64,000 bases of DNA from Minisyncoccota bacterium (GCA_041661305.1 JBAZUR010000001.1:234101-298100); one strand, 5' to 3'. Shown: positions 39,358-48,416, counted from the first letter of the stretch. Numbers and translations are program-made. Notes: generated by a model from the sequence alone, not told the origin.

Positions 39358-39756
39358 TTATTTTCTAAATCTTTTAATTTTCCCGAATTGCTCCCCAAAA
39401 CCACGCATCACGTCTTTCACTAACGCCTGCCCTCGACGAAGTAGCTTCCTTCTTCGGCTACGGTGTGAGTTCACTTCACTAATAATTTCGTCCTTCACCG
39501 CGTCGATTGCTGAATACAAATCAGACTCCTCAGCAACAGCGTAAAAATCCCCACCGGCAATATGCAAATTTATTTCCGCAAAGAAAATATCTCCTTGCTG
39601 ATGGTGTTTTGTTTTTACACCCACCTCAATAGACACCACGGCGCTTTCATCATTTTTATCAACAACTTTTTCTAAACTAGAAAGCTTCTTCTGCACATAC
39701 TCCGCGATGGCAGGAGTTAAGTCTGTGTTTGTAGCTTTAATTGTGTTTATTTTCAT
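39358..39756 (-). CDS. raiA: Ribosome hibernation factor HPF/RaiA
   Basis: LTPAIAEYVQKKL; DLYSAID. Confidence 0.88.
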   Translation of the reverse strand: MKINTIKATNTDLTPAIAEYVQKKLSSLEKVVDKNDESAVVSIEVGVKTKHHQQGDIFFAEINLHIAGGDFYAVAEESDLYSAIDAVKDEIISEVNSHRSRRRKLLRRGQALVKDVMRGFGEQFGKIKRFRK

Positions 39757-39814
39757 GTGATTAAAAATGATTAATTATTCACTTATTATAACAAAATAAC
39801 CCAACTACTAAAAA

Positions 39815-40036
39815 CTAGATATCAACCCTAAATATTTTACTGGGGCTTCTATGGCCTGAAACAAGGCGAACCTTGCCTTTAGCTACTTCAAAATGATACG
39901 CCACGAGCTCCAAAACTCGATTGTTGGCTAAATTGCGCTCAGCTGGTTCACGCACAGAAGCGTTGAAGTGGTCTTCGCTTTTTTTTACAAAAGATTCCTT
40001 TTTGGCACCTGGAATTACTTTGACTTTACAGTACAT
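39815..40036 (-). CDS. DUF167/YggU family protein
   Basis: VKVIPGAK; V.EPAERNLAN; GHRSPSK. Confidence 0.85.
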   Translation of the reverse strand: MYCKVKVIPGAKKESFVKKSEDHFNASVREPAERNLANNRVLELVAYHFEVAKGKVRLVSGHRSPSKIFRVDI

Positions 40037-40044
40037 TAATTAAA

Positions 40045-40470
40045 TTAAAGCACAGCTGAAATTTCCCTAAGAACGTCCTCAATCTCAGAATCGGACATAA
40101 CTGCTCTTTCGTTGCCATTGTGGTCTAGATCGCCAATTCTCACTTCTGGAATAACATGATTGTGAAGGTGTGGAATTGATTTAGATGTATTGTCTCCTTC
40201 CCTCTCTAAAACGGACATATTTTTATATCCAAGTTTTTTAAAAATCTTAAGCGCTTCTTCCTGTAAAAAATCCATATCTAAAATCTCCTTTTCAGAGAGA
40301 CCAAGAATTATTTCTTCGTGCCTAAATGGCACAACCAATAAATGGTGTTTATGATATGGCGCCAGCGCATAGGTTAAGTAAGCGGTTTCTGTTTTTAAAA
40401 TGTGACGCCCATTCCCGTTGTCGCAAAATGGACATTTGTCTAAATTCTGAAGAAAATCTTTGTATAACAT
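40045..40470 (-). CDS. HIT family hydrolase
   Basis: CPFC, HLLVVP, SIPHLHNHVIP. Confidence 0.88.
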   Translation of the reverse strand: MLYKDFLQNLDKCPFCDNGNGRHILKTETAYLTYALAPYHKHHLLVVPFRHEEIILGLSEKEILDMDFLQEEALKIFKKLGYKNMSVLEREGDNTSKSIPHLHNHVIPEVRIGDLDHNGNERAVMSDSEIEDVLREISAVL

Positions 40471-40604
40471 GAAAAATAGTATACCTCACGAAAGATAATG
40501 AATAAACTTTTCATTTTTCTATTTTTTTGATAGCATACTAGCCACATTCCGGAGTAGTTGAAATGCGAATAAATAGAGCATTTCTACCACTCCGCATAAT
40601 ATAT

Positions 40605-40676
40605 TCCGGAGTAGCTCAGCGGTAGAGCGGTCGCCTGTTAAGCGATTGGTCACAGGTTCGAATCCTGTCTCCGGAG
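40605..40676 (+). tRNA. tRNA-Asn (GTT), CCA not encoded
   Basis: TCCGGAG..CTCCGGA acceptor; GTCGC-CTGTTAA-GCGAT; GGTTCGAATCC. Confidence 0.95.
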
Positions 40677-41026
40677 TTGCCAAAAGTAAGACGCCCCAAA
40701 AGGGCGTTTTTACTTTTGTTGCAACTCCGAGAGAGCAAGTGGCTTAAGCCACTTGCGTGCAGGATTCGAAAGCCGGAGCGCGACGGCGCGAGGCGGGGTC
40801 GCAGAATTTTTCAGCAGAAAAATATCTGTGACCGGACTGTCTCCGGAGCATTAAAAACAAAGCCGCCCTTCGTGGGCGTTTTTTGTTTTTAACTACTTGG
40901 TGCGGGATTCAAACCGAAGGCGCCTAAAAATAAGGAGTGGAACGACTATATTTTTAGTGCGTTTCGAGGCTTTGCGAGAGGCGAATCCCGTCTTATTTAT
41001 CCGTGGCCGAATCCAGTTCTCCGGAA
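40677..41026 (+). repeat. Type B structured repeat plus further degenerate units carrying tRNA-Asn 3'-end copies
   Basis: Antisense GCAACTCCGAGAGA..CAGGATTCGAA; core AGCCGGAGCGCGACGGCGCGAGGCGGGG..TC-AGCA-GA..ATCTGTGACC; direct copies CTGTCTCCGGAG (40837), GAATCCCGTCT (~40983), GAATCCAGTTCTCCGGA (~41009). Confidence 0.8.
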
Positions 41027-41109
41027 ATATTCTAAATCTTTGCTTTAGGTAGCCAACTTTTTTAACCTAAATATGGTCCCAAATTTTGGTATACTTCATA
41101 TAAGAATCT

Positions 41110-41610
41110 ATGAATAAATATTTAATAGCAGTCCTCAGTATTTTCCTTCTTGTTATAACAACTTGGTACTTTTTCGCATCACGTCCTTCGACCCCCTCTA
41201 TCTCGATAGAGTCTGGCAAATCCATTAAGCTATATTTTTATAACCCAACTCTAGACCAGGGTCCTGGTGGCGTACAATGCAGTAAAAACGGACTCGTAGC
41301 TGTTCAGCGGGTCATTCCGGAAACAACGACTCCCCTCGCGGACACAATAAAGCTTCTTCTCCGTGGTGAAATTTCCGATAAGGAGCGGGCATCGGGAATT
41401 GAAAGTGAGTTCCCGCTTCCAGATGTCACACTTAAAAGTGCAACTATTACCAATGGAGTTGCCACACTCGTATTCGACGACCCGCAAAACAAAACAGGCG
41501 GTGGTTCTTGTCGGGTTGCCATTTTGTGGGCACAAATTGAGGCAACGACAAAACAATTTCCAACAGTTAACAACGTTCGCTTCATACCCGAAGAATTGTT
41601 TCAACCATAA
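41110..41610 (+). CDS. GerMN (sporulation/spore germination) domain protein
   Basis: N-terminal TM; LYFYN, LLRG, GGSCRV...QIEAT.KQFPTV..V. Confidence 0.8.
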   Translation: MNKYLIAVLSIFLLVITTWYFFASRPSTPSISIESGKSIKLYFYNPTLDQGPGGVQCSKNGLVAVQRVIPETTTPLADTIKLLLRGEISDKERASGIESEFPLPDVTLKSATITNGVATLVFDDPQNKTGGGSCRVAILWAQIEATTKQFPTVNNVRFIPEELFQP

Positions 41611-41679
41611 AACTGTCTATCCTGTCTCAGCATCAACCCCTCTTAACTAATCGGAAGTAATTACGGTATTATTCTTATC

Positions 41680-41847
41680 ATGAATAAAATTAAAGTAATG
41701 TATTCTACTCTCGCAATATTATTTGGTGCATTTATGTTTGTTTTTGGCGAAATCGATGATAGCCCAGGCGCACAACTACTCGGGGTCATATTATTTGTAG
41801 CTGGTATCTTAATTGCCGTAAAAAATAGGAGAAAAAATTCTAACTAG
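41680..41847 (+). CDS. 55-aa two-TM small protein (DDSPG motif)
   Basis: Below ORF-track cutoff: MNKIKVMYSTLAILFGAFMFVFGEIDDSPGAQLLGVILFVAGILIAVKNRRKNSN. Confidence 0.65.
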   Translation: MNKIKVMYSTLAILFGAFMFVFGEIDDSPGAQLLGVILFVAGILIAVKNRRKNSN

Positions 41848-41984
41848 CCTACATAATACAAAATATAAATATCCCTTTATGGGGATTTTCATATTAATCG
41901 ACAATGGTTTTACTTCGTGATATAAAAACAACCAGTAAGCACTCTGTCCCAGCACATTCCACCACAAATTAGGAGGATCTCGCG

Positions 41985-42485
41985 ATGCGTTTTACACAAG
42001 GGTGTACGCGCTTGGTCATCCTCACGGAGACCATCGCGATCAAAATTGCTTTGCCATTTCGGCCATTTATTCCTTTTATAATCGTCATCCAGGCAATTTT
42101 AAGAGGTGACCTCAAGAGAAAACTGGAAAAACATAACGGAAACCTGCTTAAGGTACTGGTTCGCTGTATGACCATTGCTGGTATTGACGCAAATCGTCGT
42201 GAGATGCGGATTTCCACAATGTACCCAGAATACCCAATTGCTCGCGTACTTCGCTCTTATCTTTGGGGTTTTGTAATCGTTATGACCAAAGGAGAGCAGA
42301 TTGCGGAATCTCTTGAGCCTTGGGTTATCAACCAACTGTCGCTTCCCGACCATCTCCAGAAATCTGATCTGTTCAAGAATGACAACACTTGTTGTATCGA
42401 CGGGAGGTTCCACTTCGTTGATTACGGCGATCCATCCGCTGACGAAGTCCTACCTTTACTCTTCGGCACCCGGAGCACCAACTAG
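41985..42485 (+). CDS. Minimal protein-kinase-like protein (SD-led cassette)
   Basis: G.TR.V..IAIK, N..E, DL...N, VDYG; AGGAGG SD; TCGACA-17-TATAAA promoter; terminator after stop. Confidence 0.6.
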   Translation: MRFTQGCTRLVILTETIAIKIALPFRPFIPFIIVIQAILRGDLKRKLEKHNGNLLKVLVRCMTIAGIDANRREMRISTMYPEYPIARVLRSYLWGFVIVMTKGEQIAESLEPWVINQLSLPDHLQKSDLFKNDNTCCIDGRFHFVDYGDPSADEVLPLLFGTRSTN

Positions 42486-42567
42486 AGCCATTTCGCGCAA
42501 GCAAGTGGCTCTGTTTTTTTTCATTTTTATCCGCACTAAAACTGACTATGATATAGTTATCAAAATT

Positions 42568-43218
42568 ATGATTAAAAAACTAGAAAAAGACTTGAGTGTT
42601 AAACAACTGGAGGCAGAGATAGCCAGACTGAAAAATCTTGTCTATCGTGACGAGCTTACCGGAATGTTGAATAGACGTGGTTTCAACGAAGAAGCTGGTA
42701 AGGTTTTCAAATACATGTATTCAAAACATGGACTAAGTCTAAATCGACAAGGTGACACACTCCCCTTCAGTATTGTTTTTATAGACATAGATGATTTTAA
42801 GAAAGTAAACGATAAGTATGGGCACGATGAGGGAGACAAGGTTCTAAAACACACAGCAAAGATAATGGGTCGTGTTTTGAGAGAAAATGACATCTATGCA
42901 CGATGGGGTGGCGAAGAATTTGTTGTTGCATTACCTCAAGCAAACAAAAAAACAGCAGTTAAGGTTGCCGAAAAATTATGTAATGCGTTTGCAGATTCAA
43001 AAATAAAACTCGGCGGGAAGCCTGTACAAGTAACAATGAGTGTTGGCATTGTTATGCATAGCAACGAAATAAACCTTCACCAAATGATAGAGAAAGCAGA
43101 CCAGGCTATGTACAAAGCTAAAAAAAGAGGAAAAAATCAAGTTGTTACTTTCACCCACGGAGAGGAGGAAGGTAATTATTTCTTAAAATTATTACACCTA
43201 GTTAAGGGTCGAGGTTAA
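42568..43218 (+). CDS. Diguanylate cyclase (GGDEF domain; start MIKKLEK)
   Basis: DELTGMLNRR, DIDDFKKVND.YGH..GD, REND I-site, RWGGEEF. Confidence 0.92.
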   Translation: MIKKLEKDLSVKQLEAEIARLKNLVYRDELTGMLNRRGFNEEAGKVFKYMYSKHGLSLNRQGDTLPFSIVFIDIDDFKKVNDKYGHDEGDKVLKHTAKIMGRVLRENDIYARWGGEEFVVALPQANKKTAVKVAEKLCNAFADSKIKLGGKPVQVTMSVGIVMHSNEINLHQMIEKADQAMYKAKKRGKNQVVTFTHGEEEGNYFLKLLHLVKGRG

Positions 43219-43956
43219 ACCCTGTATCTCCCACTCACCAACCTTCGTTCTTTTAATTGAGTACGCCAAAGCTGGTACGCCCAATTTTTTACCTAAATCA
43301 TGGGCAAATTGCCTAACATAAAAACCAGAAGAAACTTTTAACTCCACTTCAAATAACTTAAAATCTATTTCTCCACTATTGAGTGACATCTCCCATCTTT
43401 CTTTAATTTCCTTTTGTCTAAAATCGCCTAGAACCAAATCAGCCAAAAAAAGAGCGTTTTCTAAAACATCTTTCCCTGTAATTTTCTTATGGGATATTAT
43501 TTCTGCACCACATAACGAAACTTCGTGCTCTGGGATTTCCACAATCTCTCCTTTTCTGCTTAGTTCGTGTAGCTGAACACCACCCACTGTCTTTGACGAA
43601 AACGCTGGATATTTCTGAGTAAACTTACCAACAAAATAACTCACTGACTCGGTAAATTTTTTCAGAGTAATTTCTTTTGCCCCAACTTCTGTGACCAAGC
43701 CGAGTAAATCGTGCGTATCGGTTGAAGCGCCACATAATATTTCTACTGTGTATGTTTTATCTAAACCTAGATATTTTTCTCTATTTTTATTTTCTTCGCC
43801 AATAAGCACCAACATCAATCCTTCTGCAAGCGGGTCAAGCCTTCCCGCATAAGAAAGAGTTTCGTTTGCAAGCTCTGACTTCTCTTCACGTAAACGACTT
43901 AAAGCTTGAAGAGGTGTCTCCCCTCTCTTTTTATAAATAGCCAGAACTGAATCCAT
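43198..43956 (-). CDS. truB: tRNA pseudouridine(55) synthase-like
   Basis: YAGRLDPLAEG, KTY, STDTHD, YPAFSSK, SSGFYVR. Confidence 0.85.
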   Translation of the reverse strand: MDSVLAIYKKRGETPLQALSRLREEKSELANETLSYAGRLDPLAEGLMLVLIGEENKNREKYLGLDKTYTVEILCGASTDTHDLLGLVTEVGAKEITLKKFTESVSYFVGKFTQKYPAFSSKTVGGVQLHELSRKGEIVEIPEHEVSLCGAEIISHKKITGKDVLENALFLADLVLGDFRQKEIKERWEMSLNSGEIDFKLFEVELKVSSGFYVRQFAHDLGKKLGVPALAYSIKRTKVGEWEIQGLTSTLN

Positions 43957-43960
43957 TTTT

Positions 43961-44371
43961 TTATTTGTGGCACTTTATACACTTACACCCTCTAGGTTTT
44001 ATGTATGCATCAAAATACTCAGTGTCATAATCATAGTTTAATTCTTCTCCAGCCTTAATATTCTTTTTAGCCAAAATATACGCACCACCTCTCCATATTT
44101 CTAATTCACAATTTGGACGACAAGAATGATTTATATAACGAGCTGTATTTGTTTTCGCGCTACCGTCAATAGTTATTTTAGAATTTATCTCAAGTAAATA
44201 TTTTCCCCGACTATAGATCTTTTCTCTTTCGGAAATCTCTCGGCCAACATATTGAATAATACACGCTCCTTTTTTTATCGGATCAAGAGTAAAAAGCCCA
44301 ATTCCCGTCTTTGAGCGCTTGGTTATGAGATTATATTCACCAGGTGTAAATTTTCCTTTTCTCACAGGCAT
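43961..44371 (-). CDS. SET-domain protein-lysine methyltransferase
   Basis: GIGLF, ARYINHSCRPN, GEELNYDY, post-SET CKC..C. Confidence 0.92.
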   Translation of the reverse strand: MPVRKGKFTPGEYNLITKRSKTGIGLFTLDPIKKGACIIQYVGREISEREKIYSRGKYLLEINSKITIDGSAKTNTARYINHSCRPNCELEIWRGGAYILAKKNIKAGEELNYDYDTEYFDAYIKPRGCKCIKCHK

Positions 44372-44438
44372 ATGTATAACACGTAAATTACAATTTTCAA
44401 AAAAATTAATGGTTTTATAGTATAATTACAAAACAAAA

Positions 44439-44801
44439 ATGAATCATAAATTAGCAAAAAGTTTTACTTACGCAATAAACGGACTGAGAACCTGTTGGAA
44501 TGATGAGGCTAATTTTAAAATTGAAGTTTTCTTGGGGCTTCTTTCTATAATCACTGCGTTTTTTCTCCAAATTAAAACAATTGAGTTTGCGGTAGTTTTT
44601 ATTACTATCACCATAGTCTTAGCTGTCGAAATATTAAACACGGCTTTTGAGGAGCTCTGCGATAAATTGCGTCCAGAAAACGACCCTTATGTAGCGAAGA
44701 TAAAAGACCTCGCGGCAGCGGCGGTGCTCATTTCCTCAATGGGAGCTGTCGCAATTGGAATATTTATTTTTGGACCATACATTCTTGGCTTAAATCTTTA
44801 G
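44439..44801 (+). CDS. dgkA: Diacylglycerol/undecaprenol kinase (DgkA family)
   Basis: SF.YAINGL, E.NF, EILNTAFEE.CD, KDLAAAAV. Confidence 0.9.
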   Translation: MNHKLAKSFTYAINGLRTCWNDEANFKIEVFLGLLSIITAFFLQIKTIEFAVVFITITIVLAVEILNTAFEELCDKLRPENDPYVAKIKDLAAAAVLISSMGAVAIGIFIFGPYILGLNL

Positions 44802-44848
44802 TCCTAGCGGAGACCGTGCTGTTCTGATAGAAATACCAGTGAATATAC

Positions 44849-45589
44849 ATGATTACTAAAAAGTACTACAAAAAGAAGGCAAAAAAGCCACTCCCTAAGT
44901 CGGTAAAAAACCCCGACCTTATTCGTATTAATAAGTACATAAGAGACAAGGGGCTAGCCTCTCGAAAAGAAGCCGACAAGCTGATAGAAAAAGGTTTTGT
45001 CTTGGTCAATGGTAAACGAGCCGAAATGGGTATGCTAGTTGGAGCAAAAGACAAAGTAACCCTCAAGGAAAGCGGAGCGCAGAAAAAAACCTGCCTTGCC
45101 TATTACAAACCACGTGGACTGGCGACACAAACATCAACCGACGCCCCTTCGGTTATCGATGAGTGGCAAAAGAAAGGGCTATTTCCCGTCGGTCGCCTTG
45201 ATAAAGAATCAGAAGGCTTACTCCTCCTAACAGACGACGGGCGTATCACAACCTCAATTCTTGGAGCTGACTCAAAGCTAGACAAAGAATACACTGTTAA
45301 GGTTCGCGAAAAATTACGCCCGGGAATAATTGCTATTTTTGCAAAAGGAATGGAAACCAAAACATTTGGAAAACTCCTTCCCGCAAAAGCGAGAATCTTG
45401 GACGAACACGTTCTTTCAATCACAATCCACGAAGGAAAGCGTCACCAAATTAGAATCATGCTCGACGAGTTAAATTACACAGTCACATCCCTAAAGCGTA
45501 TTCGTATCGGTAAAATTTCTCTTGGAGCCTTGCGTCCCAACAACACTCGAGCATTGCGTGATTCTGAAATTGAAGAACTCCTAAAATAG
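44849..45589 (+). CDS. rRNA pseudouridine synthase (RsuA/RluB/RluF family)
   Basis: S4 domain RINKY..SRKEAD; VGRLDKESEGLLLLTDDG; EGKRHQIR. Confidence 0.9.
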   Translation: MITKKYYKKKAKKPLPKSVKNPDLIRINKYIRDKGLASRKEADKLIEKGFVLVNGKRAEMGMLVGAKDKVTLKESGAQKKTCLAYYKPRGLATQTSTDAPSVIDEWQKKGLFPVGRLDKESEGLLLLTDDGRITTSILGADSKLDKEYTVKVREKLRPGIIAIFAKGMETKTFGKLLPAKARILDEHVLSITIHEGKRHQIRIMLDELNYTVTSLKRIRIGKISLGALRPNNTRALRDSEIEELLK

Positions 45590-46690
45590 ATGGTCTTCAA
45601 CAATTTTACTTTCTAGTTTTTCCGCTCGCACTCCAAGTAGCCTTATTTTCTTTTTTTGCGGATTTTCCTGCCTATCAAGAAAAGGAATCACTAGAGCAAG
45701 AATTGTTTGTTCAAGCTCTCTTGCTGTCTTAAAGATTTTCTTCGAAGTGAAAGAGCGTGTCTTTGTTTCAAAATCAGCAAACCTCACAGTCAGTACAACG
45801 GTACGGAAACCAACAAACCCCTCTAATTTAATTTTCTCAAACACATCAACACAAAGTGTGTTGATTTTTTTCATAACAAATTTCAAATCGAGTGTATCAA
45901 TCTCGAATGTCTCTTGCTCACCGCACGACTTCGCAATATCTGGCTCAGAAACAACATCGGAGTCGTCAACGCCGAGTAATTTCTGAAAAAGGTCGCTCCC
46001 CCATTTGCCGAACATTGAAACTAGCTTATCTTCCGAGAGTAAACGAGCCTCTTTGATGGTTTTAATTTTATTCGCACTAAAAACATCTAACGTTTTTGGA
46101 CCAACTCCAGAAATTACTGAAACTGATTTGCTAGCCAAAAAATCTGCAGACTGCTCTGGCAAAACCACGGTTAAGCCGTCGGGCTTCTCTTCTTGTGCAG
46201 CAATCTTAGAGAGCATCTTATTTGAAGCAATGCCAACAGAACAGGTAAGCCCCTCCTCTCTCTTTATCTCATCTTTTATTTTTTGAACAATTTTCTCAGC
46301 CTTCTTAAAACTACCGGCCATTGAAATATCAAAATATGCCTCGTCAATGCTTGCCTCTTCCACTAATGGCGTATATTTTCTCAAAATCGCCATAACTCTA
46401 TGAGAACTTTCAACATACTTATGAAATGCTGGTGTGATAAACACCACCCCCTGGTCCCCTCTTTTTTTTGCTTCTTCGGAAAATCGCCATGCTTTTGATA
46501 TTGGCAAAGCTGAATGAATTCCATATCTCCTCGCTTCATAGCTTGCTGTTGAAACAACACCTCGTCCGCTTCCACCTTTTGGGTCAGCACCAATAACAAT
46601 CGGCATTCCTTTCAAATATGGTTTATCGCGCACTTCAACAGAAGCGAAGAAGGCATCCATATCAAGGTGGGCAATAATACGCTCGTTCAT
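45581..46690 (-). CDS. dinB: DNA polymerase IV
   Basis: HLDMDAFFASVE, SYEARRYG, SIDEAY, KPDG. Confidence 0.94.
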   Translation of the reverse strand: MNERIIAHLDMDAFFASVEVRDKPYLKGMPIVIGADPKGGSGRGVVSTASYEARRYGIHSALPISKAWRFSEEAKKRGDQGVVFITPAFHKYVESSHRVMAILRKYTPLVEEASIDEAYFDISMAGSFKKAEKIVQKIKDEIKREEGLTCSVGIASNKMLSKIAAQEEKPDGLTVVLPEQSADFLASKSVSVISGVGPKTLDVFSANKIKTIKEARLLSEDKLVSMFGKWGSDLFQKLLGVDDSDVVSEPDIAKSCGEQETFEIDTLDLKFVMKKINTLCVDVFEKIKLEGFVGFRTVVLTVRFADFETKTRSFTSKKIFKTARELEQTILALVIPFLDRQENPQKKKIRLLGVRAEKLESKIVEDHLF

Positions 46691-46767
46691 TTGGATATAG
46701 ATTTTAGCACTACTAAAACAAAAACAACCGCTTGTGCGGTTGTTTTTGCAATACCGCGCGGTATTGC

Positions 46768-46980
46768 CTACATTCCCATTCCGTCTCCTTCGCTACACAT
46801 TTTGCAGTTACCACGGTGTGTGACCAATTCATACACAGCGGCCAAACCGACCAAAATGTAAACAACTTGAGCTACTGTCGAACCAAGCAATTCCACAACA
46901 TTATAACCAAACGCTACAAGCAACCAATTCAAACCTCCCACGACGAGAAGGATGAAGGAAGCCATGTGGAGCCATTTCAT
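46768..46980 (-). CDS. DUF378 family small membrane protein
   Basis: LLVVGGLNW.L; VYILVGLAA. Confidence 0.85.
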   Translation of the reverse strand: MKWLHMASFILLVVGGLNWLLVAFGYNVVELLGSTVAQVVYILVGLAAVYELVTHRGNCKMCSEGDGMGM

Positions 46981-47250
46981 ATGTATTTAGTTGTTACTTA
47001 AAACTTGTAATATCGACGCTTACTAATATTGTAGTACTCACACAAAAGCGCGCCAGCAAGTAATGCACAGGTAGTAAAATTGTCATAACCTGAAAACTAG
47101 TGGGGTTGACTTTTCGTCAGCATTCTGCTAGTATATTTTCATTGTAGGTTTTCTCGTGCTGTCTCTCGCAAAAGAACGTTAGTTCGGAACCGAAGCTACT
47201 CGAGATCTAGTCGCCTCACAATTGTTATTAATTAGAGACTGGATAGTTTT

Positions 47251-47529
47251 ATGGCAAAGAAATTGTATGTCGGAGGTATTCCTTATACTTCTACAGCCGA
47301 TGCTTTGAAGAATTTCTTCCAAGCTGCTGGCCCGGTTGCATCGTCAACCATTATTACTGATAAGATGACCGGCCGCTCACGCGGATTTGGATTCGTCGAA
47401 ATGGAGAACGACGCTGACGCAGATCGCGCAGTTGAACAGTTCCATGGAAAAGAATTCGAAGGACGAACTCTTACAGTTAATGAGGCTAAGCCCCGCGAGG
47501 AAGGAGCCAATCGAGAGCGCCGCTTCTAA
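47251..47529 (+). CDS. RRM (RNP-1) RNA-binding protein
   Basis: KLYVGG, TGRSRGFGFVEM, LTVNEAKPR; TTGACT-17-TAGTAT promoter ~115 nt upstream. Confidence 0.93.
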   Translation: MAKKLYVGGIPYTSTADALKNFFQAAGPVASSTIITDKMTGRSRGFGFVEMENDADADRAVEQFHGKEFEGRTLTVNEAKPREEGANRERRF

Positions 47530-47629
47530 TACTTAAATGTATGCAAAAAACTCCGCATTATGCGGAGTTTTTTGTTGCTTAAAAATAAAACAAAATTCGT
47601 ATATTTAACAATAGTTTGTTTATTTTTTT

Positions 47630-47719
47630 ATTTTTCCCTTAAAAAACGCGCATATCCGCCTGCTGGCGGATTGCTATGCTCGTATCGCCATACTGCGCAA
47701 TGTTTTTTAAGGGAAAAAT
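47630..47719 (-). repeat. Structured repeat, type A copy 4
   Basis: CATTGCGCA-GTAT-GGCG-ATAC-GAGCATAGCA-ATCCGCC-AGCA-GGCGGAT; perfect 18-bp IR ATTTTTCCCTTAAAAAAC/GTTTTTTAAGGGAAAAAT. Confidence 0.85.
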
Positions 47720-47792
47720 CTAGAGTTTTTAAGAAAAAAATTATACGTGTTTTAAAAAAGCAAAAATAAAAAATTGTTGATATAATTCACCT

Positions 47793-48416
47793 ATGAATAA
47801 AAAGGTACTTACCGGAGCAGAAAAGAAAATATTTCAAAAATTAAATACCCCACAGAAGATTCAGGATTTTATAAACAAAATACCAAATAATTTTGAGACT
47901 GGGGGCGAAACCTGCCAATCGCCAAGACGCGTGCTAAAAAGCCGTCGGGCACATTGTATTGAAGGGGCACTACTTGCAGGCGCAATACTTAATTTTCATG
48001 GACGACCTGCACTCGTTGCCCATATGCACACAACCAGGGAAGACCAAGACCACGTCATAGCGATATTCAAAGAGGGCGACCGTTTTGGCGCAATAAGCAA
48101 ATCAAACCACCTTGTCCTGCGATATCGAGATCCTGTATACCTTAATATTCGCGAACTTATGATGTCCTATTTTCATGAGTACTGGGGATTAAAAACTGGG
48201 CGTAAAAACTTACGCTCATACACCGAACCAATTGATATTATAAAGAAGTTTGGCGAATCTTGGATTATAGAAGAGAAAGAACTTTGGAATATAAATGATT
48301 TTATCTTCCACACACCACACAAAGAGATGGTTCCTAAAAATATTCTAAGAAAATTACGAGATGCAGACAAATTTGAAACACAAAATATAAGTAAAACTAT
48401 AGAGTGGAAAAAATGA
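47793..48416 (+). CDS. Conserved hypothetical protein, possibly transglutaminase/papain-like
   Basis: AHCIEGALLA, DHVIA, GAISKSN, YRDPVY (Cys...His pattern). Confidence 0.6.
   Translation: MNKKVLTGAEKKIFQKLNTPQKIQDFINKIPNNFETGGETCQSPRRVLKSRRAHCIEGALLAGAILNFHGRPALVAHMHTTREDQDHVIAIFKEGDRFGAISKSNHLVLRYRDPVYLNIRELMMSYFHEYWGLKTGRKNLRSYTEPIDIIKKFGESWIIEEKELWNINDFIFHTPHKEMVPKNILRKLRDADKFETQNISKTIEWKK

Noticed and set aside
40677-41026. CRISPR array
   Set aside because: Repeats are degenerate tRNA-end copies with long, irregular, structured spacers; no cas1/cas2 and no constant repeat-spacer period
42301-42567. N-terminal extension of the GGDEF ORF, and similar over-long starts for rplU, yqeY, 12540-12899, sufT and sufC
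   Set aside because: Extensions overlap neighbouring genes, terminators or promoters; downstream ATGs fit better
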